Shown here in pieces: positions 63,033 to 64,000 of a DNA stretch of 64,000 nucleotides; the first letter of the stretch is position 1, and each line of letters opens with the position of its first letter. The notes beneath the pieces were generated by a model that did not search any database, was not told where the DNA came from, and saw nothing but the letters and a program-made list of their open reading frames with translations. The DNA is from Promethearchaeota archaeon (GTDB taxonomy: Archaea > Asgardarchaeota > Lokiarchaeia > Sigyniarchaeales > SOKP01): NCBI GenBank assembly GCA_019058445.1, contig JAHPZA010000005.1:1-64000 (forward strand), read 5' to 3'. A program made the position numbers and the translations under genes.

Positions 63033-63401
63033 TTGGTGTGTTATTTGGAAGAACTTCCTGAAAAAAGTTTCAATAAACAAAGTATGATGAGTAAATACGA
63101 TTTATTTAACAAAATCAAGGGAATTAATACTCCTGTAAAAAGCGATATTTTGATTGCTCTCTTGGATGGAGAATATCATTCTGAGACAGAATTAATCAGA
63201 TTAGCAAAAAAAAGGGGTACAAATTATCTTGGAGCAGTAACTTTAGGAACCATGGTCAATTCATTGAATCATTTATTAAAAAGTAATTATGTAGAGAAAC
63301 AATTTGTAAATGGTGAAATGAATTATAAAATCTCCGATAATTATGTAGGCCTTACGCGAGCAGCATATAATAACTGGCAGCATAAAGCATTTAAATATTA
63401 A
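63033..63401 (+). CDS. Winged-helix-like protein, paralogue 1
   Basis: KSDILIALLDGEYHSETELI...YVEK...YKIS; the real start may be ATG at about 63084. Confidence 0.7.
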   Translation: MVCYLEELPEKSFNKQSMMSKYDLFNKIKGINTPVKSDILIALLDGEYHSETELIRLAKKRGTNYLGAVTLGTMVNSLNHLLKSNYVEKQFVNGEMNYKISDNYVGLTRAAYNNWQHKAFKY

Positions 63402-63406
63402 GGGGA

Positions 63407-63775
63407 ATGATTTTGGATAAATTAGGAAAAGAATTTAATATTTCTACACTTATGAAAATCGTCTTTAAACCAGAATATTCCAATATGTTCAATAAGATCA
63501 CTAATATAAATGCTCCTGTAAAAAATGACATCCTAATAACTCTTTTAGATGGGAAATACCATTCTCAAACCGAAATTATAAGACTCATTAAAAAAAAACA
63601 TCAATATCTCGGTCCAATAACTCTTACGACCATGATAGAATCTTTGAATAGTCGCACAAAAAATAATTACTTAGTAAAAAAGATTGTAAATGGAAGAATT
63701 TACTATAAAATCTCTGATAATTATGTTGGCCTCACAAAGGCTGCTTTTACAAAATTCAGGTTTGCAAATATTTGA
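63407..63775 (+). CDS. Winged-helix-like protein, paralogue 2
   Basis: KNDILITLLDGKYHSQTEII...YYKISDNYVGLTKAA; clearly similar to the upstream gene. Confidence 0.7.
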   Translation: MILDKLGKEFNISTLMKIVFKPEYSNMFNKITNINAPVKNDILITLLDGKYHSQTEIIRLIKKKHQYLGPITLTTMIESLNSRTKNNYLVKKIVNGRIYYKISDNYVGLTKAAFTKFRFANI

Positions 63776-63777
63776 GA

Positions 63778-64000
63778 TTATCGCTTAACACATTTATTAT
63801 TTACTATTTTATAATTCTCACAGCTAGAGCAAAAGCCTTTTGTAGTCTTACTGCTTAGTCCTTCAGCCCAACACTTCGGGCACATATAATATGAAAATTT
63901 GTTGTTCCCCTTTTTTGTGGAAACCATAAAAATATTAAAATTACAGATTGAACAAGTAGAATTCAATAATTTCAACCGACCCCGTTTAGGTAATGGCAAA
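63778..64000 (-). CDS. C-terminal Zn-ribbon end of a larger gene, possibly DNA topoisomerase I
   Basis: LPLPKRG...TCSIC...CPKC...CSSC resembles archaeal TopA C-terminal Zn ribbons; the frame runs off the window end. Confidence 0.5.
   Translation of the reverse strand, partial: LPLPKRGRLKLLNSTCSICNFNIFMVSTKKGNNKFSYYMCPKCWAEGLSSKTTKGFCSSCENYKIVNNKCVKR

Overview
AT-rich archaeal chromosomal window, most likely Asgard (Lokiarchaeia-like). This assignment is an inference from the actin-family gene, the TFB paralogues, the giant multi-PAS kinase, and the AOR, corrinoid and URO-D genes. The left edge holds a decayed IS607-family element: an internally deleted tnpA, a 38-bp tandem duplication, and the start of tnpB, none of which appear in the ORF track. 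Most of the window is metabolic and transport genes: ilvA, an HDAC-family enzyme, an LLM oxidoreductase, a nitronate monooxygenase, AOR, nfo, a GH2/GH94-like/SIS/PfkB sugar cluster, an MgtE/PhoU-TrkA operon and a corrinoid methyltransferase set. Four things stand out. (1) At 60850-62909 a coiled-coil + Pro/Gly-repeat + WH2-like protein lies directly upstream of a divergent actin-related protein, a candidate archaeal nucleation-promoting-factor/Arp module. (2) Two tandem P-type ATPases carry P-I-N-[IL]-P instead of PEGLP and have lost Ca site II ligands. (3) A ~2170-aa exported protein has Ca-binding repeats and an internal hydrophobic helix bundle. (4) A membrane protein carries a C4C4 RING-like finger. 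All calls come from reading motifs by eye; no searches were run.
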